This document shows positions 47,238 to 61,300 of a stretch of DNA of 64,000 nucleotides, one piece after another (position 1 is the first letter of the stretch; each line of letters begins with the position of its first letter). The stretch is from Tubiluchus corallicola (Eukaryota; Animalia; Priapulida). The DNA is taken from NCBI GenBank assembly GCA_030141605.1, contig JAQGDQ010000356.1, positions 48,346 to 112,345 of the forward strand, in the 5' to 3' direction. The notes beneath the pieces are model-generated. The model saw only the letters and a program-made list of their open reading frames with translations. It was not told the origin of the DNA and made no database searches. A program made the position numbers and the translations under genes.

Positions 47238-48489
47238 GTAATGTTATCTTACAAAATACACCCATAAACGTTCTTCTAGATGAAAATTGGCACCAATCTG
47301 TTGCTTGATTATCACTTAACCAGCTAACAAGGTCCCCACAAAGCATTTGCGACAAAAATCGGTTGGGACTTAATTCGGACAGCAACGGTGTCATCATTTT
47401 TACCGTTTTCATTGTCATCCCAATGATTCCGGGTTTCGTTTTTGTCTGCTTCATTTTTATCACCATCTCTAAAAACAGCAGTGGCGACAAGCGTAACAGT
47501 TTTTAACAAGAAAAGCAAAATAAACAAAAACGCTAGCAACAGCAAAAACAACAACAGCAGCAGCAACAATACAGATGCATCATTGGCACAAATCAATTGT
47601 TGTTTTGAACTTAAAAGCTTTACAAAAACATATTCACACATTATTAGGTTTAATTTGAAATCATTATGAATAATGCACAGCAATTTCACATAGTGTCTTA
47701 GTAGCTTTACTGTGTATACACTAGTAAGTTTTTCTTGCAAAGTAATAATTATAGCCTTCTGTACTGCAGTAAGGCAGCAATGGGTAGTAATAGCAAGACA
47801 ATTCTGAATAGTAAAACCATCAAAGCAATTACTGTTTCAAATAGTGCATATTGGGTATTGAAGAAGAACTTTGAAGTAGACCTTCCCAGTTTCGTTAAGA
47901 GGATATCACTTGTAAACTATTTTTTTCTTTCCTGGAGAGTAGTTGTTTTTTCCAAGATTCCCACAAATTGCAAAGATCGACTTTTCCTGGAAGGCTGATT
48001 GTGAATTTTTCCCATAATTTCCATAGTTGGTTTCTGAAAATACGAATTGTTGCAAGGCCTAGACGTCCCATACAAGTTAAAACCTACTGTACCCAACAGC
48101 AAATAACCCATTAAATCAGGGGTTGATTTGTGATGACAGGATTGTACAGTAAACAGCAAACAAAACCAGATACAAGTGATTATGTTCAAGTCTCCATTGA
48201 TTATCCGAAACCAGTACAACAATGAATGTGCGTTCAAACTATGGCTCTAAACCAATTATAACATTGCAGTGCCATCTACAGTGATTTATATGAAGTATGA
48301 TTAATGAGTAAACTATTCAAATAGCAAACCATCATTGAAGAGACACAAATTTAACAAGGAATCAAAACAAATTGATCATGTATGTGTTATTTTCCAATCG
48401 AAATGAGTGATTCTAGCAAATGTCTTCCCGTGGAAAAACACTTTCTGTTTTTGCTATTTCTGTTTTCCCAAGATTATGTCATTTCACAC

Positions 48490-48710
48490 AGACATTACCG
48501 ACTTGTTACCCTGCATTACTGACTTGTTACCCTGCATTACTGACTTGTTACTCTGCATTACTGACTTGTTACCCTGCATTACTGACTTGTTACCCTGCAT
48601 TACTGACTTGTTACCCTGCATCACTGACTTGTTACCCTGCATTACTGACTTGTTACCCTGCATTACTGACCTGTTACCCTGCATTACTGATTTGTTACCC
48701 TGCATTAATA
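48490..48710. repeat. 21-bp tandem array (cattactgacttgttaccctg), ~10 units
   Basis: Direct periodicity. Confidence 0.95.
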
Positions 48711-49147
48711 AGAAATTAATTACCCTGCACTTAACTGACTATAGCAGATAAACCTATCAGAAGTTTTCAAGACAGCTGACAAGTCATAGAGTACAGTAGG
48801 GTAATAAATTCAATTTCAAATTCAATCATTATGATAGGTAATCATAGATAGGTAATTAACTACACTTGATTAGTACACTATAATACACGCAGAAGCCTAA
48901 CACACGCGTTACACTTTATTATAATATTATGCAAAAAAATTCAACATTGGGAATGTAGTGGCCGACGTTGAAGAGGAGGCTCGTCATTGAGGAGGGAGCG
49001 TTAAGATTCCTAGGGCATCAGAATACCCAGAGCCAACTTTGTACATATATTTATATAATTATAATTATGGAATATTAACATATTTTGTTACATATTAGAT
49101 GTTATTGACTATTTTATCACATGTTGATATAATTATTGTTTTTACAG

Positions 49148-51581
49148 GCTCACGCTCCATTGCAGATACTTCACAAGTTAGAAAGTTTGCCTATTGATGA
49201 TGATTCTCAGGTAAACAGAATAAACAAAAATTAAAAATAATGAACATATATGATTACTCAAATATTTTACTCAGATTTCGTCATAAACATATATATATAT
49301 ATATATTTTTTTTGTTTTTTTTTGTTTTTGTTTGTTTTGGTTTGTGTTGTTTTTAACATGACATGGTTTTTGTAAATCATTCAAAAGAAGAATGTGTAGT
49401 TCTAAATGAAATGAAGCAAATTGGTGTAGCGATGCCAAATAATGTAAGAATATAACCAGATGTGCAAGCAGACAAAGAAACTATGAACTTTGAAAACCTT
49501 CGAGTGAACAAACCATGGAGGGTTTCAGTTGTAAGATTCTGTGTTGTGTAAAAGATGAATGAATGAAATATTAAAGAAAACGATAAGTCACTTAGCATTT
49601 TTGTAATATTTTACTGCTATTGCTAAAACTTTAAATTTTTTGTTGAAGACTTATTACACTTTGGCGGAAACTTGGCAGCGTGCTGGTTTTCTTCACTCAC
49701 GCTTGGGTGTTCACATTTTTCCACCAATGACGTCACTCATCGGTGGAAGAATATGAGTGCCCAAGCATGAGTGACGTCATTGGTGGAAGAATGTGAGCAC
49801 CCAAACATGAGTGATGTCATTGGTGGAAAAATGTGAGCGGCCAAGCACGAGTGACGTCATTGGTGGAAGAATGTGTGTGCCCATGCATGAGTGACGTCAT
49901 TGGTGGGAAAATGTGAGCGCCCAAGCACGAGTGACGTCATTGGTGGAAGAATGTGAGCGCCCAAGCACGAGTGACGTCATTGGTGGAAGAATGTGAGCGC
50001 CCAAGCATGAGTAACGTCATTGGTGGAAGAATGTGAGCTACCAAGCATGAGTGATGTCATTGGTGGAGGAATGTGAGTGCCCAATCGTGAAATGATCGCA
50101 ACTTTAAAGTGATTTTACTAATTACACGAGGTGCTCATCACGCTTTTGTTACTAAATCCTTCTACCATTTTTTTGCAAACATTGAAATAAGCTTAACTTC
50201 CCAGAATATTTGACTTTTCCTTTAATGGCAGGAAGCTGAAAACAACAACATTTAGCTTCAGAAACGTTTCAAAATGCTGTATGGAAACATATCACTCTAA
50301 GACACATATGACATCTTCTTCATTGTTTTCTACGTTGATGTGTTTTTTACTGATCAGGTTGCTTCTTGAAGATAATATACTTACAGTAAGGGTCAACATA
50401 CATTTTCAGTATGATATGATGATGACACATAGAAAAGTCTAAAGTTATTGTGTTGCATTGACTGCATTATTTATCAGATAAGGGTGTCGTGTAATATGTA
50501 ATAAGGTTTTTCACAGTTCTAATGATTGATGATGATTGTGAAAAGGTCAAAGGTTAAGTATACCAGACAACACATTTGTGTACACTTGACAACCGTCTCA
50601 CAGCCTATCCTATTGTAATAGCAACAGTTTTAACAGCTAGCTAGAACCTTTCCTAGTTCATTTTTTCTTGTTTCTAACCAAGATCCTGCCAGTAAATCAC
50701 TCTATGCACAGACTAATGCATAATTAAGTAAAGTCCACGTAAAACAACTGAAGTTATTGAACTGATGTGGAAGATGGATTTGCTTTACCCAAGTGTTGTG
50801 ATGGTTGTAGCTAAAATGCGTTGCTATTGTACACTTGACCTTTGACCTATAGCAACTGTTGATGCACACAACGAAACAATTATTAATGTACTGCAAGAGC
50901 ATATTTGGTGTCTGATGAGCAACCCGAAGATGCTGATGAAGATGCTTGAGATACGAGTGTTTCTCATAAAATGTTTGATTTTGCAGCTTCAACTATCACT
51001 GTACTTGAGCAAGGTTATGGGTCCTGCTATTGGCTTCACTGGTGGAAATTTGTTTGTCATAAACAATACCATGCTTCTTACGGTATGACACTTTTTATTT
51101 TGCCATCAAAGGGACATGAACTTAATCCAGATCCAATAACGGAATCTAATCTGCTTGAAAAAAATTACACCCAATTTTCTTAGACCGAATAGCTTAATGC
51201 TTAACTTTCAACAAAAACAAATCAATTTTAGCATAAAATCTTCACCGGGTGACATTAGAGCCTAATACTAATGGCTTCGTAGTTACACTAATTTCGCTAT
51301 GTTACTAATCTGTTACAAGGCATTTTATTTTGTTACATGCTGTTTTACTGTGTTAAATTTTCTTTTGCTATATTATGTGTTCTTTTGCTGTGTTACGTGT
51401 TATTTTACTGTGTTACATGCTTTTTCACTGTATTACATAATACACACTTTACAGATAAATTACTTGTTTTTATTACACATTGTTTTATTTCATTACAAAG
51501 TGTTTTTTATTACAGGTTACAAGTGTAATTACAACTTACATAATAGTGATGGTTCAGTTTAGGCTAGGAATGTCAGATTAA
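49148..51581 (+). CDS. Shared C-terminal GR exons: 49148-49210, 50987-51082, 51516-51581 (TM7 with TYxxxxxQF)
   Basis: AHAPLQILHKLESLPIDDDSQ | LQLSLYLSKVMGPAIGFTGGNLFVINNTMLLT | VTSVITTYIIVMVQFRLGMSD*. All three introns are phase 0, the established GR/OR superfamily layout. Not visible in the ORF track. Confidence 0.88.
49725..50095. repeat. 40-bp tandem array inside a copy of the 4176 element, preceded by an inverted unit
   Basis: Unit gagtgacgtcattggtggaagaatgtgagcgcccaagcat; a single related unit occurs at ~4538-4590. Confidence 0.9.
50499..50878 (-). mobile_element. MITE M1 copy 8 (inverted)
   Basis: Homology to the M1 family. Confidence 0.8.
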
Positions 51582-54500
51582 CAGCAAATATTCCAGAGAA
51601 TGGATAAGGAGCATCAAAGCTCATATTTCTTCAGTAGAACTGTAACGTCAGTGATATTAGACATGATAGAAGACATTGGAACGTTGACAAGACAATTGAA
51701 TTTGCTCTGAATTCCTTGCGAATTGGTGAAGAAAACGATTATTACAGTGATAAGTTGTTCTTTCACAACATTTTGTGGTACTTTATTAGTTACTGCTGTA
51801 GATTTGCACATTTTATGACATGAATATGAAATGATGACAATTATTTGTTGTTTTTCATTTTCAAAAACTTCCCCTCTAGTATAATAATATTTTTATTACT
51901 TCCCACCCGTATTTATATTTGTATATATTGTAATATTGTATCTAATTCTAGTAGCCTAGCATAAGCTAGCTTCTTGGGTCTCTAGTGCAAAATTCATGAA
52001 TTGTATCATATTTTTATATTAACAGAAACTGATTATCGATGCACATGTAATGTATATGTATATGTTTATTGTGAAATAAATCTAAATCTATTATTGTGAA
52101 ATAAATCTAAATCTACTAGATTTATTAAATCTAAATCTAATATTATAATTATGTGTGACTATGTGAATTAGTGTTATTTTATGAATGTAAAAAGACATGC
52201 TTAAACATGACTTGAAATAAACATGTAGTATGATTTGTTATCTATAATAAATTGTTTAACATTTACTGTGCTTAAAGACTGTTCAATTGTTAACACTGCA
52301 TACCAGAAAACATTGCATAATCATGCTTTCTTCTAGAATTTACAAACTTGGTTATTAAAATTTCTTTGATACAAATTTAGGTTAAATGAAGTATTAAAAT
52401 GTCATCACAACTTGATTAGTCTCTGAGTAACAGCATTAATTTTAAAACTGACCACAACTACAGTCATTTGGTTGGTTGCAAAACTCGTTATGCTGCTTCT
52501 CATATCGAGTGCACACTTATATATTACCTTATGTGGAAGTTGGAATTGTACATTATAATTAGGTGCTGCCATCTATGGGCTAATCCTTTTACATTCTACC
52601 ATCCTGTTACATTCTGCATAGGTCACCTATACCTATATATACTGACTGGTTTTGCTTTCTAGTCACTCTCAGTGTTCAACGCAGGAGACTCTCACTCTCA
52701 GTTCAGTGCAGCAATCATGCTACTCATGTGTCTGTAGGTTTAATAAACACTTCTCTGTTGTGTGCAGTGCAAATGTGTATTCTAGATTTTTTATTCTTGT
52801 TCATACTTCTGTGCCTAAACTCAATCATAACAAAGTGAGTGATCTACAACTTTAAACATGACTTTCACACCTTACATTGCCAGTATTGTACATCAAAGTC
52901 AACAGTTTTATAAAATACTATTTTAATTGTAAACAAAGAAGTAACACTATTGTTAAGTTTGTGGCAAACTAATCTCAGTTCACCGTTAAATCAGCAATGG
53001 GTTTTAATTTACAACATACGCGTAAATGTTGCACATTGAACTGTAGTACTCATCGGTTAGAAAATGGATATTTTGGCAAGGAGATCAGTGAGCCAAAAAG
53101 CTTTGACAGGAAATCAATATGGTTTTGAATTAAGCAATGAAACCAATAAGCATTGAATGTAATGATTTTCATTTCTCATGTTAATTTGCAAGAAATTGTA
53201 CTGCTTCTATCTTTTAGCAGAAATACTAGGTCAATTAATTCTTTTTACTGTAGTTATGTTTGTTTTATTACTAATCGTGTAAATCATCTTCACTGATAAA
53301 ACTTTTTTTTATTAAATGCTTATGTAAAGTGTTTGAAATAAAATGATTTTAATAATAAAAATAAAGTTTCTGCTTTACGGAGAAATGAATCACAAAACTT
53401 TGTTACACGAAAACTTCCAATACGACTGCCATTATAATGGACAGCAGACTAGGTGACTTTATAGTCTATTCGCTATACTTTCTCTAGTTCTAGATCTATT
53501 TATACATTTTAACCATTCTTCAAAACTTATTAGAGATTCTTTTATTAATCATGTTTTATTGTAGAGATTCATTTATTAATCATTATAGAGATAAATAAAT
53601 TAAAATTGAATTGAAATTAAATTGAATGTCTCATTGTTTCATGACTGTTTTCCTTTGCTAGCAAGTTGTGTTTTAGCAATAAATAAATAAATAAAATCAG
53701 CCATGTTAAACTGTGAACAAAAAACTGAAATCTCATAGTATCAATGTAATTATACAGTTTTATTATGAATAAAACAAAAAGCGCATATATATATATAAAT
53801 CTGTTACCTTTTCTCATATTTATGACATTATTCACTAAATAAAAACTATAAAACAAAGACAACCAAAGTACGCCTCAACTAGTGGAATTATACCATAGGC
53901 ATGATCACGAACATTATTCATGTTCATATTCATAAAGGAAGCAAGACATAATTCTCGGAGAAACACAACACATATCATAAGAGTATGCATTACAATGTAA
54001 CTAGAAGCATGATTTTGTTCATAAAATAAATAAACTATTAAAACACTGTAACTAAAAATGTAGGATTCGTTACAACACTCGGTTGTACGAGGATGTAGTT
54101 TCCTATACAACAAAGAACACGCATCTAATTAAAACAGGTAATGAAACTAAGCTTACACGGGAAAAGTATGACGACTTTCACCCGGTGACACATGTTCAAC
54201 TTTAGTTAAATATGAGTTTAAACAACAGATGGATTTTAACAAGGTTGGCATTACAATAATCGTGCTAAAAGGCACACTAGTGGGTACACGAATGTCTGTG
54301 CCCTTTGTTATTAAAGCACAAAGGATAAAACAGAAGCTATCGACACATTACCAATAGGAGGCACACGACTGTTTTTACAATTTATACAATTCGAACGGTG
54401 AAAATAATTCTACTTACAAGGTCGTATCGTTGATATGTGCAGCCAGCCGACCAGAACGTCGTTAAACTTATTCTTAAAGCATGTCATTTTTTGTATTTTG

Positions 54501-55368
54501 TTAAAGTTGCTTGACTTGCAAATAAAAAGCACGATTACTATTATTTTGTTTACCATAATATCATAATTTACTTGGTTTTACCTTCCATGATAAAATTTTG
54601 CAACAAAAAACGACTCATACTTAAGCACATGCAGAAATTACAGTGTATGAGCTCAGAACAGATAGACAATCAAACCAGTAAAACAATTTCTCAATACGTT
54701 GACTAAAATTTACGTATAGCACGTTAAAAATAGATCTTAATTTAAGTAAAATCACTTTACAATTTCGCAGGACATACGGTGCTAAAAACCTCTCAATTAA
54801 AACTGTAACGAATTTCAATTATATATATATTTATGTACATGTGTCATATTCATTTAATACCCTTTCCTCTGATGGGCTTGTAGCTCTTTGCTAAACAGTA
54901 ACAGTAAAACACGTGAAAAGCGAATAAGCATCTATTTCATTAAAGTAATTTGTCACTAGATGGCAGGAAGCTGTGTGGATCTTGCTCTGAACCCTTTAAC
55001 ATTGCACAAGCTCCGAAATAATTAGCACATTACACTACTGATGGCGCCACAAGTCCAAAAATATACTATACTAAACTACCTTGCAGCACTCTAACTAAAA
55101 GTTGGACAGACGCTTCTTGTCGCTGTCACAACGCAACCACTTAAAAACAATTGCTACTTTGTATTCAAATTAAATACCACAACCAAAAATACAACAAACG
55201 AGACCGAAAACACTGCATTCTGAGCACAACAACACAAATGAAATTTCCCAAATAACAAGACACGGTGAAGATATTTCATTTTTACAAACGTACTATGTGA
55301 ACAACAGCATTTTTTACATTCGTGTTTATGCACACGTTTAATTACAGCAAACGATGATGAAATGGCGG

Positions 55369-58300
55369 TTAACTTTGACTTCCGTTTGTTTCCCCGGTTT
55401 GTACGTTCACTTCAACTATCTGCTGCTTTCTTGTCTCAATCTGGAAAAAAAACATACAAATTTGATATACAGCAGACGGCTTTGCTTTACACAAACGTCA
55501 GGCAACGGTTGTAGTTAAGACGCGTTGCTGTAGTACACTTATTGTACTAAAAGTATAACAAAATTGCGAGTTAGTTTATATACTGACAGCTTATTAACAC
55601 CGAAACCCGATACAATAAAATCATCCGAGTTGAATATACTAAAGATTTCCACTGTAAACACAGTTCAATTAGAGACATTCTTGTCCATTTTGCCACAACA
55701 CAATCAATGAATTGCGATTCGAACAGCGTATCAATTTACATACTTCTTACATACGTTTCCATCGACTTTGTGCGCTCATTAAAAGTTTAAAATTAATGAC
55801 TTTTTTCTAAGCACAACTTTCTTCTTTGAATTTAATTACTATTAATTATTAATATTATTTAACTACTATTAATTAGCTACTTTTATTGCTAATACATATG
55901 AGAGTATTTTAGACACCCTGTCTCATATCTACGATGCTTAGCAACAAATTATCTTGCAACCTACAAATCGTGCAAACATGGTTACAACCGTCGCTAATTA
56001 TTACAAATTATTATTGTTACAGCATAGAGATGGCGCCACCTGCTACTTATGGCTGCCTTTTAGGTTTCTTAGCAAACTGTTAATGAAATTTAACTGAAAG
56101 GATACAAAATATAAACAACTGCTTATTATTTTATTTTATATTATTTAAATTCCTAATTGTAAGTCGTACACAGGATAATGCATTTGTCATTTCTTTAGTA
56201 AATCAGCAATAATAGTTATTCTCATTTCAAAGGATCCTGAATTTGCAGCTCTTAGAGGTTTTGTCCGGAGCAGAAATGAAATCACCGGGGGTCACAAGCC
56301 GCGAATGAACTGAAGCCGTTTAACATTACACACAATTTTACAATAGTGTGACATTATTCACACCATTAATGCATTTTCAATTCTACTCTTAATAAAGCCA
56401 CAATTAATGAATTAAAACCAAATTCTTCTGCAACTTACGACCGAATCTTCACTCAAAACAATAAGTCTTTTTACAGTTCCAGTGATTGATGATGATCGTG
56501 AAAAGGTCAAAGGTTAAGTGTACCAGACAACGCGTTTGTGTACACTTGACAGCACCTTGCAGCCCATGCTGTTATAATAGTGACAGTTTTAACAGCTAAC
56601 TAGAACCTTACGTAGTTTATTTTTTCTTGTTCCCAAGCAAAATTCTGCTAGTAAATCACTCTACGCACAGACTAATGTATAATTAAGTAAAGTCCACGTA
56701 AAACAACCAAAGTTAGCTAACTGATGCAGCAGACGGCTTTGCTTTACACAAATGTCACACGACGGTTGTAATTAAGACGCGTTGCTGTAGTACACTTAAC
56801 CTTTGACCTGCAGCACGTATTGAAACTGTGAAAGGGCTTATTAATGTAACTGGATGATTTTAAGACGTCGTCACAATGCGATTACGTAGCATATTGTATG
56901 CGAAAAGCAAGTCTGGTGTTAAAAAATGCTTGCGAATTAATAGAGCAAAGCAAGTTTAACATGCAATGATATTCATCAGATTTTACAGACAGTTACAAAG
57001 TTTGTATTATAAGTCATCAGATTTCACAGGCAATTACAAAGTTTGTATTATAAGTACTTCAAGAAAGTTTCTCAGATTCTTACAGAATAGAACAATGAAA
57101 CCATTCTTTCTTGCAAAACAACGTAATTCCATTTCATCAAATCAACGTATATCAAACCAATAATAAAATGATTCAAAACAGGAAGGCAGGTTCCAGTTCA
57201 ATTCACATTCAGATTACAGTTCAAGTGAAGTTTTTCACAGGGCAGTGAGAAGGGTGGTGGGTCACTAAGAACTAACCCAAAATTTTTGAAAAAGCCTTTT
57301 GCCTCCCCCATTATTATACTGCTCTAAGATTAGGCAAAAATTCACTTGGAAAACAAAAATCTGCAGAAATCAGTTTTCGAAACAATACAGACCACGTTTG
57401 CAACTATATTTTATGCTACTTTTCAAAATTTCAGGTACTGCTTCTTACGACAACGATAAGTTCTGTTCATAAATTGTGTGCTTGCAAACCAAAACTGTCC
57501 ATAAGTCGGCATAGTTAAAATTATGTAGAAGTAGAAAGCACCAAAAATTTAGTCAAATGTCAAATTGTGAAAACTTGTTTTTTCAAATCAGAAGTAGCTC
57601 ATTGAAGCAGTCATTTTGCTTCTGCTTTTTCTGTTGCCAAGCGCAGATCTTCTACAGGAAGAGGCATCTACTGAATTTAAACATAACTTCAATGTGTTCT
57701 TGTAAACTCCATAGCAACCAACTTTTGTACGGTAGCTAAGTATTTTGTAGAAACGCGACGAAAACAATGGCTAACTTTAACAGTGATTTTCTCAAGATTA
57801 TGTTTTTCAGTGCACAGCCTGCATCTCAACTTCAATGTGGATTATCTCAGCTTAGAAATAACATAGAGCGATGAACTTGGTATCAGAATGATCCTCGTGA
57901 AATGGAGATTCAGGATGTGTGAATAACTAGAAAAGCTTAAATAATGACTTATGGACTATATTGCTATGCAAGCACACACATGATGGCTTCATACTGTCAC
58001 CTGTAATTTGTTTGTTGTCGGGGTCAGTACAAATGCTTATACGTTGTTTCACAAATGTCATGCATTCATTGATGACAACAGTTCTAGACTGATATGATGA
58101 TAAAAAAACACCGACTAACCATAAGCGCTGATAGTGATTCGTGGTAAATAAACAATAATAAATTGAATTACTATAGCAACGAAGAAGTCAGTTTTATCCA
58201 GAACAAAGCGGAGAGAATTTCACATAGAAAAATAGCAAAGTGGAATTTAAAAATGCAATATACAAAAGTGAAACTTGTGCAAGAGAAAGAATTTCGGATA

Positions 58301-61300
58301 CTCGGTGAATCTGTGAATGCATAAGCTGTGATAAGCAATCTAGCATAGGGGCTGACACCTTCGACAACTATTTAAGCAGCTCCCAGTAAAATGCTCGTAT
58401 GTAAACCAACACATGTCAGCCATGCACTGAGGTGCACTCGTCTGCTCGGACTCTGCAGCTTCTTGCAATCGCATGCACTCAGTGTACAGTTGCAGAGATG
58501 TACTGTCAGCCATGCACTGAGGTGCACTCATCTGTTCGGACTTTGCAGCTTCTTGCAATCGCATGCACTGAAGTGCACTCGTCTGCTCGGACTCTGCAGC
58601 TTCTTGCAATCGCATGCACTGAGGTGCACTCATCTGCTCAAAATTTGCAGCTTCTTCAATAATCGCATGCACTCAGTGTACAGTAGCAGAGACGTACTGT
58701 CAACCATGCACCGAGGTGCACGCAACTGCTCTGACCTGCAGCTTCTTGCAATCGCGTGCATTCAGTGTACAGTAGCAGAGACGTACTGTCAGCCATGCGC
58801 TAAGGTGCACTCATCTGCTCGGAATTTGCAGCTTCCTGCAATCGCATGCACTCAGTGTACAGTTGCAGAGACGTACTGTCAGCCATGCACTGAGGTGCAC
58901 TCATCTGCTCGGACCTGCAGCTTCTTGCAATCGCGTGCATTCAGTGTACAGTTGCAGAGACATACTGCCAGCCATGCGCTAATGTGCACTCGTCTGCTCG
59001 GACTTTGCAGCTTCTTGCAATCACATGCACCCAGTGTACAGTTGCAAAGATTTACGCTATTGAATAAACACCGAAGATGAAAACACGAACAACAACCTCG
59101 TCACGTTTGATTACCTCCCGCTCAACAACTTTTTCTGTACACTCAACGGTGCGTATCGTGTAATCACCGGTTGTTTCGTCATAAAATTCCTCGGTTTTAC
59201 ACGTCCGTTTTTCGTCTAGTACCCGAATTGATTCTTTTGTTTTTGTTTCGCCGTCCGTGGCTTTAAACGAGATATGGGCAAAGTCCTCCATCGGAGGCTG
59301 CTTAAAAAGAAACATTAGTAGCAGGTTAACTAAGAGAATCAGTTACAGTTAGTGAAGTTAGGCAGGGCAGCGGTTAAACAAACGCAAACAGAAACAGATG
59401 CAAGTTTTCATAGCAAATATAAAAAAGCAACAATGCAAACTAAAGAAACTTACAACATTTGCTGACTGACTGTCTCCATTGTCATGAACAGAATTATGCT
59501 CACCATCTGAAAACACAAGAACGTCAAATAGATGAAGGGTCACACTAACTCGAGATGTCCAAGCTCAGTAGAATAAACTACAATAAGCCTTTTCACAGTT
59601 TTATTGTATGCATGCACAGTTGCTGTAGGTCAAAGGTTAAGTGTACCACAGAAAGGCATCCTAACTACAATCGCCACGGTAAAGTCAAGCCATTTGCCGC
59701 GTCAGTTCAGTAACTGTATCAGTTTTATGTGGACTTTACTTACTTATGCATTAGTCTGTGTGTAGAGTGATTTTACTACCATCACTAACATGTGTAATAC
59801 AAACATGTGTAAAGCAAAACTGTCTGTTGCATCAGGTCAGTAATTTCAGTTGTTTTGCATGGACTTTACTTACTTATGCATTAGTCTGTGCTTAGAGTGA
59901 TTTACTGGCAGGATCTTGCTTGAAAATAAGAAAAAATGAACTAGGTAAGGTTCTAGCTAAGTGTTAAAACTGTTACTATCGCAATAGCTTGGGCTGTGAG
60001 GCATTGTCAAGTTACACAAATGCGTTGTCTGGTACACTTAACCTTTGATCTTTTCTTGATCATCATCAATTGCTGGAACTGTGAAAAGGTTTATCAACTG
60101 GAGCATAAAGCTTCACTAAAGAGTCTGATTGTTTGAGCTCAATATACAAGTTACTGTTCATTTACTGCAAAGATGAAAATGAAAAGTGCAAATACAGTGA
60201 TGAAATTCAAGCATTTGTTATAATCAAACGTTTCCAGAATAACTTCCCGAATCCTCAGCTGGAACGAAGGTCTGACAAACAGCTGAGTGCAAAGAGTACG
60301 AATGTGAAATATTACCGAAAGTATTTAATTCAGTGAATTTTATTTACATGTAAGACTTTGCCTTACTAAATTTGTTTATTTTAATAAATGCACGAATTTC
60401 ATCATTTTACAAGATCTGTGCCAGTAATGAGATGCAAGAATGAAGAGGAATGTGTCAGCTCACCTCCGATATTGATATCTACAGCTTTATTACTATCACT
60501 AGACTCTCTTGAAATGATCATCTGTGCTTGTATTGCATCGTTCTCTAAAGACTTGAGCCTGAAATGTACCAACTGTTAATAATAACGATACATAACCTCA
60601 TTCATAAGCCATGATTTCTTGTCGTATTTTGACGAAGCCATGATGTGTGTAATCGTGAAACCACAAGCAAAAGATTAAGCGTAATAATCACATTATACTT
60701 ATAAAACTGAATTTTGCCTACAAAATCCAACATTGAGAAATTACGTCAGATATAAAAACTTGATAAAGACTAGAATGCGTGCTTCTTGAAAACCAAAAAC
60801 GTCTATAAGTCGGATTAGTTAAAACTGAGTTACTTTCAAAGTAGAATGCACCAAAAATTTAGTCAAATGTCAATTTTTTGCTTTTTATCAAAACAAATAC
60901 TAAATGTATTGGACTTTTATATCCTAGCACATTTAACATGGATTATCTCATAGCTGAAAGAACATAGAGCAATGAGATTAGCATCAAAATGATCCTCATG
61001 AAATGGAGATTCAGGATATGTGAATAACTAGAAAAGCCGACTTATGAACGATTTTGTTATGCAAGCACACAAACAAGTGTTGAACAAAGAGCGGTACATG
61101 TTGTATATTCATAGAAGTTGACCTGCCACTGCACAAATCCCTCACATATCACACCACACCTCAACAAAGCCGTATTCTCACCTGGCTCACACCATACCTT
61201 TCCACTACACCTCAACAAAGCCGTATGCTCACCTGGCTCACACCATACCTTTCCACCACACCTCAACAATGCCGTATTCTCACCTGGCTCACACCATACC

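Noticed and set aside
50910-50960. CTGATGAG...CGAAG hammerhead-ribozyme-like core
   Set aside because: Lacks the GAAA box and convincing stems.
58391-59080. 229-aa Cys/His-rich plus-strand ORF
   Set aside because: Derived from the compound tandem array, with no recognisable domain spacing and antisense to scrib.
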